This document shows, piece by piece, positions 21,201 through 34,147 of a stretch of 55,398 bases of DNA; position 1 is the first letter of the stretch, and each line of letters begins with the position of its first letter. Source of the stretch: Macrostomum lignano (taxonomy: Eukaryota). A program made the translations under genes and the position numbers. Below the pieces are notes generated by a model that saw nothing but the letters and a program-made list of their open reading frames with translations, made no database searches and was not told the origin of the DNA. The stretch is from NCBI GenBank assembly GCA_002269645.1, contig NIVC01004205.1:1-55398 (forward strand), given 5' to 3'.

Positions 21201-22260
21201 AGCGTCATGAAACAATCATAGAAGCGTCATGTAAACAATCATAGAAGCGTCATGTAAACAATCCTAGAAGCGTTATGTAAACAATCCTAGAAGCGTCATG
21301 TAAACAATCATAGAAGCGTCATGTAAACAATCCTAGAAGCGTCATGTAAACAATCATAGAAGCGTCATGTAAACAATCATAGAAGCGCCATGTAAAAATC
21401 ATAGAAGCATCATGTAAACAATCATAGAAGCGTCATATAAAAATCATAGAAGCGTTATGTAAAAATGATAGAAGCGTCATATAAAAAATCATAGAAGGTC
21501 ATGTAAACAATCATAGAAGCGTCATATAAAAATCATAGAAGCGTCATGTAAACAATCATAGAAGCGTCATGAAACAATCATAGAAGCGTCATGTAAACAA
21601 TCATAGAAGCGTCATGAAACAATCATAGAAGCGTCATGTAAACAATCATAGAAGCGCCATGTAAAAAATCATAGAAGCGTCATGTAAACAATCATAGAAG
21701 CGTCATGTAAAAATCATAGAAGCGTCATATAAAAATCATAGATGCGTCATATAAAAATCATAGATGCGTCATGTAAACAATCATAGAAGCGTCATGTAAA
21801 CAATCATAGAAGCGTCATGTAAACAATCATAGAAGCGTCATGTAAAAAATCATAGAAGCGTCATGTAATGAATCATAGAAGCGTCATGTAAACAATCATA
21901 GAAGCGTCATGTAAACAATCATAGAAGCGTCATGTAAAAATCATAGAAGCGTCATGTAAAAATCATAGAAGCGTCATGTAAACAATCATAGAAGCGTCAT
22001 GTAAAAAATCGTAGAAGCGTCATTTAAAAATCATAGAAAGCGTTATTTAAAATAATCATAGAAGCGTCATGTAAACAATCAGAGAAGCGTCATGTAAACA
22101 ATCATAGAAGCGTCATGTAAAAAATCATAGAAGCGTCATGTAAACAATCATAGAAGCGTCAAGAAAAAATCATAGAAGCGTCATGTAAAAAAAGTCATAG
22201 AAGCGTCATGTTAAAATCATAAAAGCGTCATGAAAAAATCATAGAAGCCTCATTTAAAAA
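18247..22260. repeat. Satellite S1, 22-23 bp unit AATCATAGAAGCGTCATGTAAAC, roughly 175 copies
   Basis: Direct tandem repeats. A rare variant (TCCTGCCAAAATCG) recurs near 18791, 19899 and 20998. Confidence 0.97.
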
Positions 22261-23168
22261 CTAAGGAAAGTGTCATTTAAAAAATTAAGAAGCATCATGG
22301 TAGAATAAAAGAAGCGTCATGTCAGACATGAAGGGTGTCATGTAAAAATAAATGCAGCTATAATGCTGTGCTGGGGAGAAAAACTGAGACGTTAAGGCTC
22401 TCAGAGAATAACTGAGATTACGGGGGGGGTTGCTGAGATGTCAAAGCAAAAGTCAGAAGCTACTTCAAAGTTCATGTACTTTACTCAATTTTTTTATTAC
22501 ATTCTTTGTTGGCTCGCCACGGGGGGGGGTCGCTGATAGAAGAAGAGTCATGTAAAAAATAAAAGTAGCACTATGTATACATAAAAGAAAAGTCATGTCG
22601 AAGTTAAAAGATTCATTTGGGAATTGCTATGATGTCAAAGCTTGGAGGGAATCGTTACAGTGCTGTGATTCTTAAAGAAGGAATCACTAAAATGTCAAGG
22701 CTTAGGGGAGAAGAATTGCTGAGATTCAAGGCTTTAGGTTGGGTTAAAGTTAGGTTTAGGTCAGGTGTGGGTTGAGGGTTATATTTTATCGGGTTTCAAG
22801 GTTAACGGGGGATTTTTCAGATTTCAAGGTTTATGGAGGCCATCGCTGACATGTCAAGGCTTACGGGGGGAATAGCTGAGATGTCAAGGCTCACGGGGGT
22901 ATAAATGAGATTTCAAAGCTAAAGTCAGAAGCTACATGTAAACAATCATGTAAAGTTTATTGAAAACTTTTTATTACATTATTTGATGCCTCCTCAGGGG
23001 AGGGATCGCTGATAAAAAAAGCGTAATGTAAAAAATAAAAGAAGCTTCATGTCGAAGTTAAGAGATTCATTTGGGAATCCCTACGATGTCGAGGCTTGCA
23101 GGAAATCGCTATAATGCTGTAGCAGTGCTATAATGACTCTTAGAGAGAATTACTGAAATGTCAATGCT

Positions 23169-23230
23169 TTAGGGTTAGGTTAGGGTTAGGGTTAGGGTTA
23201 GGGTTAGGGTTAGGGTTAGGCTAGGGTTAG
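23169..23230 (+). repeat. Interstitial telomeric repeat, ~10 TTAGGG units
   Basis: TTAGGG TTAGG (TTAGGG)6 TTAGG CTAGGG TTAG, about 230 bp before the H1 3' end. Confidence 0.95.
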
Positions 23231-24752
23231 AAGGTTGACAGATATTTTTAGATTTCCAAGGCTTATTGGGGGCATTGCTGAGATGTCAAGGGGGGGAGTT
23301 GATATGTTAAAGCTTGTGGTGGGGAATTACTGACATGTCAAGGCTTACAAGGTTTGACAGGAGATTTTTTAAGATTTCAAGGATACATGTAGCTTATTAA
23401 AAAAACGTGTAGCGATTGCATTTCTTTGGCTCCCCAACGGGGGGCGTAGATTGCTAGTCCTATATACTAAAAATGAAATGTCTGTAACTAACTAGCTATG
23501 CGATAGATTTCAGAAAAAATGGCTCAACCGATTTTCTTCAAACTTGCACCATTTGATCAGAAATTTTCCTGGCACGGTACATGCATCTTGGCTAAGAAAT
23601 TGCTCAATGTTAAAGGGATTAAATATTCGAAAAACATGCTTTTTTGCAAAGGTCAAGCAAAATTTTCGACTTGAAATGCATTGTAAGAATGCTAGAGAAA
23701 AAACTGACTGGCTGAATTCCGATTGTGATAAAGATTGCATCACAACAAGTTGAAAACAGTGTCAAAGAAATGCACACACGACTTGAATGAAATTGCGTAA
23801 CCATATTGCCAACTTAAATTGAGACTGATTCTGGCTGACTGAGAAATTGATTATGTCATAACTTTTTACTCTAACTAACTTGCTGTAAGAATTGAATTAT
23901 AAGGGCCACAATTCATAGCCAAGATGCGAACAGACTGGAATGCTAATGTAGCGACCTGGGCTCGAATCTTAGTAGTGTAAAAAGATTTTTTTATCAAAAC
24001 ACCTTAAAAATACAAAACTGCTAAACATAATTGTTGTGTATGGACTTTTGGTTTAGCAAATGCACTAATGCTTCCCTTCTTTTGTATTCGGCATTGACTA
24101 TTAATTTTTTACCTTTATGTTAAGACAAAAATAATTAAATGTCCAACTGCGGCACTCTACTACAATATTGTTCCCTGTATTATTATATGCTACTATACGA
24201 GCGTACATGTAGTTGCGTCTCAAAATCATAAATTTTTGGTTGCTTTTGGACAAATATCTTCTTTTGCTTGAACTTTAACTTTAACTTTCCCTTTAACTTT
24301 ATAGTTCAAAATTAATTCAACAATAAACTGCATCTTTCTTCTGTGCCATTGTTAGTACATGAAAGTTGCTCTAGTGGTCGCTACAGAGTGCTACAGACTG
24401 AGTGAGTGCGCTATTTATTCCATGGTCAGCTCAGCTGACCATGTTCGGCAGGAAAGGAGCTGCAATTCTGCGCCTCACTGGCCATAGACTACCAATTTTT
24501 TTTCTTGTCACCTTCTATTCTATGGCTATGGTCAGCTCTGCTAGCCACCCGGCATCTAAGGGTTAAGAGCCGAAGGCTAACAGTATTACAAAGGGCAAAC
24601 AAGACGTGCGCCGGCTAGAGGCAAATAAAGCTTGTGAACAGCTCGTATTTTAAATAATGCTTCTTTGACTTGACTTTGATGTCAGATGGTAGCCTGGAGG
24701 CAATAGTCGGTATAGAAGCAGAAGAAGAGGACATAACAATAATAGAAGCGCA

Positions 24753-26100
24753 ATGTCAAACATAGAAGAGCCACCATGTCGAACATTAAAGAGCCAACAT
24801 TTCGAATATAAAAGAGTTACCATGTCAAACATAAAAGAGCCACCATGCCAAACATAAAATAAGCACTATGTCTGACATATACGTGACTCCATGTCAAAGA
24901 TTAAAAAGCCACCATGTCAAACATAGAAGAGCCACCATATCAAACCTAAACGAGCCACCACGTCTAATATTTAAGAGCCACCACGTCTAATATTTAAGAG
25001 CAACCATGTCAAACATCAAAAAGCCACTGGATAAAACATAAAAGAGTTACCATGTAGAACAAAAAACAGTCACGATGTCGAACATAAAAGAGCCACCATG
25101 TAGAATATTAAAGAGCCACCATGAAGAACATTTAAGAGCCACCATGTCAAACATTTAAGAGCCACCATGTCGAACATTAAAGAGCCACCATGTCAAACGT
25201 TAAAGAGCCACCATTTCGAACATTAAGGAGCCACCATGTCAAACATATATGTGACTTTATGTCAAACATTAAAGAGCCACCATTTCGAACATTAAAGAGC
25301 CACCGTGTCAGACATTAAAAAGCCACCATATCAAACATAAAAGAGCTACCATGTAGAACAAAAAACAGCCACGATGTTGAACATAGAAGAGCCACCATGT
25401 CAAACATTAAAGAGCCACCGTGTCAAACATAAAACAGCCACCATTTCGAAAATTAAAGAGCCACCATGTCAAACATTAAAGAGCCACCATGTCGAAAATT
25501 AAAGAGCCACCATGTCAAACATTAAAGAGCCACCATGTCAAACACAAAAGAGCCACCATGTCAAACATAGAAGAGACACCATGTAAAACATACACGTGAC
25601 TCCATGTAAAAAATTAAAAAGCCACCATGTCAAACATCAAAGAGCCACCATGTCAAAAATTAAAGAGTCACCATGTCAAACATTAAAGAGCCACCATGTC
25701 GAACATTAAAGAGCCACCATGTCAAAAATTAAAGAGCCACCATGTCTCGATCAAACATTAAAGAGCCACCATGTCAAACATAAAAGAGCCACCATGTCAA
25801 ACATAAAAGAGCCACCATGTCAAACATAAAAGAGCCACCATGTAAAGTATAAAAGAGCCACCTTGTCAAACATTAAAGAGCCATCATGTGAAACATATAC
25901 GTGACTCATTGACTCAATGTCAAACATTAAAGAGCCACCATGTCAAACATTAAAGAGCTATCATGTCAAACACAAAAGAGCTACCATGTCAAACATAGAA
26001 GAGCCACCATGTCAAACATTAAAGAGCTATCATGTCAAACACAAAAGAGCTACCATGTCAAACATAGAAGAGCTACCATGTCAAACATTAAAGAGCCACC
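24753..26100. repeat. Satellite S2, 23-bp unit ATGTCAAACATTAAAGAGCCACC
   Basis: Direct tandem repeats, roughly 55-60 copies. Confidence 0.95.
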
Positions 26101-26214
26101 TTTTTAAACAAAAAAGAGATCCCATTTCAAACATAAAAGAAGTGTCATGCCAAACAGAATGGAACCATTATAAAGCTAAGGAAATTGTTGCACTAGCTAC
26201 TTGTTCTCTGGTGG

Positions 26215-26945
26215 ATGCTTGCTATTTAAGGATTGATACTTGCTTACAGGGGGATGCTTGCTCTTGTGGGTGGAGGGTACTTGCTATCTGAGAGGGGGTT
26301 GCTAGATATCTATAAAGTATCTTTGTATCCAGGTTATGCTTGCTATCAGGGGTTGCTTGCTGTCTGGGGGATGCTTGCGATTTGGGGGATGCTTGCTATC
26401 TGTGGGATGCTTGCTATCTGGGGTCTGGGGGAATGCTTGCTATCTGGGGATGCTTGCTATCTGGGGTTGCGTGCTATCTGCGGGATGCTTGCTGTCTGGG
26501 GGATGCTTGCTATCTGGGGGATGCTTACTATCTGGGGTCTGGGGGAATGCTTGCTATCTAGGGATGCTTGCTATCTGGGGTTGCTTGCTATCGGGGGGAT
26601 GCTTGCTATCTGGGGGATGCTTGCTATCTGGGGTCTGTGGGAATGCTTGCTATCTGGGGTCTGGGGGAATGCTTGCTATCTGGGGATGCTTGCTATCTGG
26701 GGTTGCTTGCTATCGGGGGGATGCTTGCTATCTGGGGGATGCTTGCTATCTGCGGGATGCTTGCTGTCTGGGGGATGCTTATTATCTGGGGTCTGGGGGA
26801 ATGCTTGCTATCTGGAGATGCTTGCTATCTGGGGTTGCTTGCTATCGGGGGGATGCCTGCTACCTGGGGGATGCTTGCAGTCTGGGGGATGCTTGCTATT
26901 TGGGGATCGATGCTTGAATGCTGTCTGAGGATGCTTGCTGTCTTG
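26215..26945. repeat. G-rich satellite S3, 17-18 bp unit GGGGGATGCTTGCTATCT
   Basis: Direct tandem repeats with an interspersed GGGGTCT variant. Confidence 0.93.
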
Positions 26946-27610
26946 GGATGTTTTGTTTTTAGAGGGAATGTCTGTTGTTGTTTTTTGAAGGCTTTATTTC
27001 GCTGTCTATTTGTTATTTGTAAAGAACAAGGATTCTATCCAGATGTCCCCCATCGGGGGGCAAAGATTGCTAGTTATATACTCATTGTACGCTCTCCAAT
27101 ATCGCAAACCCCTATTTTATCGCAACTCCACAATTCAAGCCAGCGCCATTGAATTTAGATTTAGATTGCGTAATCATATTGGTGATTTTATTTGAAACTG
27201 ATACAGACTGGCTGTGAAATTTTGTCATAACTGCTTCGTGTGATTTACTCTGTGCGTGGAGTTTTGAAAGTGTTGAATTATGTAAGTGCTACAATTTATG
27301 TTATTAAAACAATGAGAGATAGCCTAAAGCTCGAAAGTTAAACAGACTGACCTGTTAATGCAGCGACGTGGGTTCGAATTTTTAAATTGTAGAAGTTTTT
27401 TATTAAAAAAATTAATAATTTAAATTTAATAAAGTTTAATTTTAAACTTTTTAGCTAAAGAAAACTAAAAAAACGTCAGGTAAATCAGGCAGAAGAGAAG
27501 CTACGAGTATTCATGTAGTATATTCAAATTTTTTTATTAAACTGAGATGCCAAGGCTAAGGGGAATTGCTGAGATATCAAGACGTGAGGGGAATTGCTGA
27601 GATGTCAACG

Positions 27611-28196
27611 CAGTGTTTTTTTTTTCGCTATTGATTAGTACCCGAATTGGGGTATCAAGCCTCTGAGTAGTACCCCATTTTGGAGGAGTAATACCCCATG
27701 AAATTTCTAATTTTGCCTCTGTAGTTTACTTGAATTCTTATAAAAATTGATTCTGGCGCAGTCAAATAACTTAATCAAGACTATATTTAGAGTTAAAACA
27801 CAGCTGCTAATGTTTGACTGCATTCTTGTGTCTTTCGTTGAAGGCTGAACAAGCTAGATTTCGAAATTTCAAGTAAATTAGATGGCGTTGCAGTATCGCA
27901 ATCTAATCTAAATCTAATTCCAATTAGATCAGTTTCCAATTCCAACCCTCTCTCACTTTTAGAGTTTTAGCCTGACAGTCTGACTCACCACACGAGTGGA
28001 TATACCTTAGTACAAAGACCCATACCAGCCCAGTCAGAATTTTAATTGAACAGCAAATTTTAGAAAAAAGCTTAACTTGTTTGAATTAAAGTCGAAAAAA
28101 TAGTACCCCATTCTGGGGTATTAATGGGCAAAATAGTACCCCAAATCAGTTGACTAATACCCCATGGGGTACTAATTGGGGTAAAAAAAAACCCTG
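27611..28196. mobile_element. hAT-like MITE nested in Helitron H3
   Basis: TIRs CAGTGTTTTTTTT / AAAAAAAAACCCTG, subterminal TAGTACCCC/TAATACCCC motifs in both orientations at both ends, flanks ATGTCAACG and ATGTCAAGA (imperfect ~8-bp TSD). Confidence 0.75.
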
Positions 28197-28249
28197 ATGT
28201 CAAGACTTACTGGGGGAATTACTGAGATATAAGGGCTTACTGAGAGAAT

Positions 28250-28920
28250 TACTGAGATGCCAAGGCTTAAGAGTGAATTGCTGAGATGTCAAGGCTTGGA
28301 GGGAATTGCTGAGATGTCAAGGCTTAAGAGTGAATTGCTGAGATGTCAAGGCTTGGAGGGAATTGCTGAGATGTCAAGGCTTAAGAGTGAATTGCTGAGA
28401 TGCCAAGGCTTAAGAGTGAATTGCTGAGATGTCAAGGCTTAAGAGTGAATTGCTGAGATGTCAAGGCTTAAGAGTGAATTGCTGAGATGCCAAGGCTTAA
28501 GAGTGAATTGCTGAGATGTCAAGGCTTTGAGGGAATTGCTGAGATGTCAAGGCTTAAGAGTGAATTGCTGAGATGTCAAGGCTTAAGAGTGAATTGCTGA
28601 GATGCCAAGGCTTGGAGGGAATTGCTGAGATGTCAAGGCTTAAGAGTGAATAGCTGAGATGCCAAGGCTTAAGAGTGAATTGCTGAGATGTCAAGGCTTA
28701 AGAGTGAATTGCTGAGATGCCAAGGCTTAAGAGTGAATTGCTGAGATGCCAAGGCTTAAGAGTGAATTGCTGAGATGTCAAGGCTTGGAGGGAATTGTTG
28801 AGATGTCAAGGCTTAAGAGTGAATTGCTGAGATGTCAAGGCTTGGAGGGAATTGCTGAGATGTCAAGGCTTAAGAGTGAATTGCTGAGATGTCAAATCTT
28901 GGAGGGAATTGCTGAGATGT
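28250..28920. repeat. Satellite S4, 28-29 bp unit GCTGAGATGTCAAGGCTTAAGAGTGAATT
   Basis: Direct tandem repeats. The GCTGAGATGTCAAGG core is also dispersed in the 3' blocks of H1, H4 and H5. Confidence 0.93.
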
Positions 28921-28949
28921 TAAGTCTTGGGGAGGAATTCTATGGATTT

Positions 28950-29930
28950 GGGAATCTTTGAACGAGAGATGCTTCTAATGGATATCTCGAGGAGATGAGG
29001 GGATTCTTTGGCCAAGAATTCTATTCATGGGCGGATTATTTGGATGAGAGATTCTTTGGATTCCTTGAATGGGGGATTCTGTTGATGGGGATTATTTGGA
29101 AGTGGATTTTTTGAACGGGGGTTTTTTAGATGAGGGTATTCTTTGGCCAATTATTCTTTTGATGGGAGAATCAATGGATAATGTGGATGGAGATTCTGTG
29201 GATGGGGATTCTTTGGACGTGGATTATTTGCATGAGGATTCTTTGGAGGGAGATTCTTTAGATAGGAATGGATGGGGATGGATAGGAGGATTCTTTGGAT
29301 ACGGATAAATAGGGGCATTTTTTCGCTAGGGATGGATGGGGGATTCTTTGGATATGGATGGGTGGGGGATTCTTGGGATATGGATGGATGGGGGGTTTCT
29401 TTGGATATGGATGGGTGGGGGATTCTTTCGATGGGAATTCTGTGAATGAGAGATTCTTTAAATAGGGATTCTTTTGAAGGGGATTCTTTGCATGTGAGAT
29501 GTTATGGATGGGCAATGGATTGGGTGGGAAATTCTTCAGATAGGAAAATTCCTTGAATGGGGAATTCTTTGGATCCTGGATTCTATTGATAGGGGTTCTT
29601 TGGATGGGGGATTTTTTGATATGGATGGAGGTCGGGGATTTTTTGGATAGGGATGGATAGGGGGATTCTTCGGATCGGGGATTCTATCGATGGGGGTTCT
29701 TTGGATGGGGATTCTCTGCATGTAAGATTCTATGGATGGGCAATTCTTCAGATAGGAGAATTCCTTGAATGGGGAATTCTTCGGATCGGTGATTCTATCG
29801 ATGGGAGGTTTTTTGTTTTTTTGGATGGCGGATTCTTTGCATGTGAGATTCTTTGTATCGTGGATTCTATGGGTGGTGTATTCTTTGGATGAGGGATTCT
29901 TTGTATGGGAAATTCAGTTGGGTGAAATTT
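28950..29930. repeat. Degenerate G/T-rich repeat S5 (GGGGATTCTTTGGAT-like)
   Basis: Imperfect ~15-bp periodicity. A related copy lies at 30600-31400. Confidence 0.8.
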
Positions 29931-30599
29931 TATTGCGTGGGAAAACTGTGGCTGGAGTTTGGACGGAAAGCCCCAACGGGAGTTGGAATTGGCTAGCTGA
30001 GGAAATTGCTTCATTAATCTTGCTGGGGGTACTTTCTATCAGGGGTTGCTTGCTATCGGAAGGACGCTTGCTCTTGGGGATGCTTGCTCGGAAGAGAATT
30101 TTAAGATGTCAAGATTTACGAGGGGAATTATTGAGATACATGTATAAAATCTTACCTTGGGGAATTAATGACATGTGAAGGCTTAAGAGGGACTTGCTGA
30201 GGTGTCAAGTCTTGTTGGGGAATTGCTGAGATGCCAAGGCTTAAGAGGGAGTTCCTGAGATTTCAAGACTTGGGAAGGAGAATTACTCAGATGTCAAGGC
30301 TTAGGGGAATTTCTGAGACGTCAAGGCTTGTGGGGGGAATCGCTGAGATGTCAAGGCTTGTGGGGGGAATTTGTTGAGGTGTGAAGGCTTAAAAAGGAAT
30401 TGCTGAGATATGAAGGCTTACTGGGAGAATTACTAAGATATCAAGGCTTGGGGAGGGGAATTACTGAGATGTCAAGGCTTTGGACGGGGAGAAATTGGTA
30501 ACATGTCAAGGTTTGCGCCGGAATTGCTTAGATGTCAATGCTTGGGGAAAATTTCTGAGGTGTCGAGGCTTGGGGGAATTGCTGAGATGTTAAGTCTTG

Positions 30600-31400
30600 G
30601 TGGAATTCTATGGATTGATGATTCTTTGGATGAGGGATGCTTCTAATGGATAAATTTGGATAGGTGATTCATTGGGCAATTTCTTCGGAGGGGCATTGTT
30701 TCGATGGAGGGTTTTTTGAATGGGGGATTTTTTAGATGTATGATTCTTTAGATGGGGGTTATTTGAACGGGGGTTCTTTAGATGAGGGGATTCTGGGATT
30801 CTTTGGCCAATTATTCTTTTGATGTGGGATTATTTTAGGATGTGAATTCTTTGGAGGGGGGATTTTTCGGAGGAGCAATTTTTTGGATATGGATGGTTGA
30901 GGGGATTATTTAGATAGGAATGGATGGGGAAATTCTTTGGATAGGGATGAATTGGAGGATTCTTGGGATAGGGATGGATGGGCGATTCTTTAGATAGGGA
31001 TGGGTGGGGGATTCTTTGGATAGAGGGTTTCTGTGGATGAGGGATTTCTTGAATAAGGGATTCATTGGACGGGAAATTCTTCAGATGGGAGGATTCCTTC
31101 AATGGGGAATTCTTCGGATCGGGGATTCTATCAATGGGATGGGATGGGGATGGGACGGGAAGGATTGGTATTCTTTGCATGTGAGATTCTATGGATGGGC
31201 GACTCATTAAATAGGGAATTCTACAGATAGAGGATTCCTTGAATGGGGAATTCTTCGGATCGGGGATTCTGTCGATGGGGGGTTCTTTGTATGGGGATTC
31301 TTTGGATGAGGGTTTTTTGCATGTGGGATTATTTGCATCAGGGATTTTATGGATGAGAGATTCTTCGGATGAGGGGTTCAGTTGGGTGAATTTCTTTTGC
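30600..31400. repeat. Second S5 block (duplicate of 28950-29930)
   Basis: Both blocks start with GAGATGTTAAGTCTTGG..GGAATTCTATGGATT and end in the same hairpin-CTAG. Confidence 0.8.
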
Positions 31401-32082
31401 GTGGGAAAACTTTGGTAGGAGTTCTGACGGAAAGCCCCAACGGGGGTTGGAATTGGCTAGTCCTATATACTAAAAATGAAAATCTTGCTTGTTTGTTTGT
31501 TTGTACGCAATCGATTAGAGAAAAAATGGCTGGACCGATTTTCTTCGAACTTGCACTGTTCGATCAGAAATTTTCCTGGGACGGTACATGCATCTTGGCT
31601 AAGAAATTGCTCCATGTTAAAGCGATTAAATATTCGAAAAACATGCTTTTTTGCAAAGGTCAAGCAAACTTTTCGACTTGAAATGCATTGTAAGAATGCT
31701 AGAGAAAAAACTGACTGGTTGAATTCTGATTCTGAAATGGATTACATCATAACTGAATTGTAACTCCGACTTGAATTGCGTCACAGTATTGAAAATGCAG
31801 TGTGGAAGCGTAGCACCAGACGTGATTTAGATTGCGCAACCATATTGTTAACTGATACTAACTGACTGAGAAATTGATTATGTAATAACTGCCTCGTGTG
31901 ATTTACTCTATGCTTGGAGTTTTGAAACTTATAATTATAAGTGCTAAAATTCATATTATCAAAACGATGAGAGCTAGCCTAGAGGTAAACAGACTGAACT
32001 GCTAAATGCAGAAACGATGGTTCGAATTTTTAGAGAGTAGAGTTTTTTAATTAAAGCTTTTTAACACCAAGAAAACTAAAAA

Positions 32083-33275
32083 AATCATAGAAGCGTCATG
32101 TAAAAAATCATAGAAGCGTCATGTAAAAAATCGTGGAAGTGTCATGTAAAAAATCGTGGAAGCATCATGTAAAAAGCATAGAAGTGTCATGTAAAAAATC
32201 ATAGAAGCGTCATGTAAACAATCATAGAAGCGTCATGTAAAAAATCGTAGAAGCGTCATGTAAAAAATCATAGAAGCGTCATGCAAACAATCATAGAAGC
32301 GTCATGTAAAAAATCATAGAAGCATCGTGTAAACAATCATAGAAGCGTCATGTAAAAAATCGTAAGAGCGTAGTATAAAAATCATAAAAGCGTCATTTAA
32401 AAAATCATAGAGGCGTCATATAAAAACCAAAAAAACGTCATTTAAAAAATCATAGAAGCGTCATGTAAACAATCATAGAAGCGTCATGTAAACAATCATA
32501 GAAGCGTCATGTAAACAATCATAGAAGCGTCCTGCAGATATCGTAGAAGCGTCATGAAATAATCATAGAAGCGTCATGTAAAAAGCATAGAAGCGTCATG
32601 TAAAAAATCATGGAAGCGTCATGTAAAAATAATAGTAGCGTCATGTAAAAATCATAGAAGCGTCATGAAAAAATCATAGAAGCGTCATGAAAAAAACATA
32701 GGAGCGTCATGAAAAAATCATAGAAACGTCATGTAAAAATCATAGAATCGTCATATAAAAAGCATAGAAGCGTCATGTAAACAATCATAGAAGCGTCATA
32801 TAAAAAGCATAGAAGCGTCATATAAACAATCACAGAAGCGTCATGAAAAAATCATGGAAGCTTCATGTAAAAATCATAGAAGTGTCATGTAAAAAATTAT
32901 AAAAGTGTCATGTAAAAAATCATGGAAGCGTCATGTAAAAATCATAGAAGCGTCATGAAAAAATCATAGAAGTGTCATGTAAAAAATCATGGAAGCGTCA
33001 TGTAAAAAATCATAGAAGCGTCATGTAAAAATCATAGGAGCGTCATGAAAAAATCATAGAAGCATCATGTAAAAATCATAGAAGCGTCCTGCAGAAATCG
33101 TAGAAGCATCATGTAAACAATCATAGAAGCTTCATGTAAACAATCATCGAAGCGTCATGAAATAATCATAGAAGCGTCATGTAAAAAGCACAGAAGCGTC
33201 ATGTAAAAAGCATAGAAGCGTCATGTAAACAATCATAGAAGCGTCATGAAAAAATCATAGAAGCCTCATTTAAAA
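32083..33275. repeat. Satellite S1, second array (roughly 50 copies, more diverged)
   Basis: Same 22-23 bp consensus as 18247-22260. Confidence 0.95.
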
Positions 33276-34147
33276 ACTAATGAAAGCGTCATTTAAAAAA
33301 TTAAGAAGCATCATGGAAGAATAAAAGAAGTGTAATGTAAAAATCAAAAGAAGCGTCATGTCAGACATGAAGGATGTCATGTAAAAATGAAATGCAGCTA
33401 TAATGCTGTGCTGGGAAGAAAAACTGAGACATAAAGGCTCTCAGAGAATAACTGAGATTACGAGGGGGGGGGGTTGTTTCTGGGATCTCAAAGCAAAAGT
33501 CACAAGCTACTTCAAAGTTCATGTACTTTACTCAATTTTTTATTGCATTCTTTGTTGGCTCGCCATTGGGGGGGGTGCTGATAGAAGAAGAGTCATGTAA
33601 AAAATAAAAGTAGCACTATGTATACATAAAAGACAAGTCATGTCGAAGTTAAAAGATTCATTTGGGAATTGCTACGATGTCAAAGCTTGGTGGAAATCGT
33701 TATAGTGCTGTGATTCTTAAAGAAGGAATCACTAAAATGTCAAGGCTTAGGGGAGAAGAATTGCTGAGATTTCAAGGCTTTAGGTTGGGTTAAAGTTAGG
33801 TTTAGGTCAGGTGTGGGTTGAGGGTTATATTTTATCGGGTTTCAAGGTTAACAGTGGATTTTTTAGATTTCAAGGTTTATGGGGCCATCGCTGACATGTC
33901 AAGGCTTACGGACGGGGGGGAATAGCTGAGATGTCAAGGCTCACGGGGGTATAAATGAGATTTCAAGGCTAAAGTCAGAAGCTACATGTAGTTTATTGAA
34001 AACTTTTTATTACATTATTTGATGCCTCCTCAGGCGAGGGATCGCTGATAAAAAAAGCGTTATGTAAAAAATAAAAGAAGCTTATCGCTATAATGCTGTA
34101 GTAGTGCTATAATGACTCTTAGAGAGAATTACTGAAATTTCAATGCT

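Larger units (their letters stand above)
17657..23457 (+). mobile_element. Helitron unit H1: shared 5' block + 23-bp satellite S1 + 3' block with TTAGGG
   Basis: TC 5' end, (TATC)n, ~590-bp block shared with H2 and H5, 3' end GGCTCCCCAACGGGGGGCGTAGATTGCTAG. Confidence 0.85.
23458..27073 (+). mobile_element. Helitron unit H2: shared 5' block + satellites S2 and S3
   Basis: CTAG|TCCTATATACTAAAAATG junction at 23457/23458. 3' end GTCCCCCATCGGGGGGCAAAGATTGCTAG. Confidence 0.82.
27074..31460 (+). mobile_element. Helitron unit H3/H4: composite with an internal duplicated terminus
   Basis: Degenerate 5' end (TTATATACT) and a partial shared 5' block (~27150-27480). Two similar 3' termini: CCCCAACGGGAGTTGGAATTGGCTAG (29996) and CCCCAACGGGGGTTGGAATTGGCTAG (31460). 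Confidence 0.72.

Noticed and set aside
24421-24443. Palindrome CATGGTCAGCT-C-AGCTGACCATG inside H2
   Set aside because: Real, but isolated; I could not define element ends or a function.
25917-31763. ORFs across satellites S2-S5 and the shared Helitron 5' block
   Set aside because: They are periodic or low-complexity translations with stops differing between copies; no RepHel motifs.
18247-33275. 23-bp repeats as a CRISPR array
   Set aside because: Units are contiguous with no unique spacers, there are no cas genes, and the context is eukaryotic.
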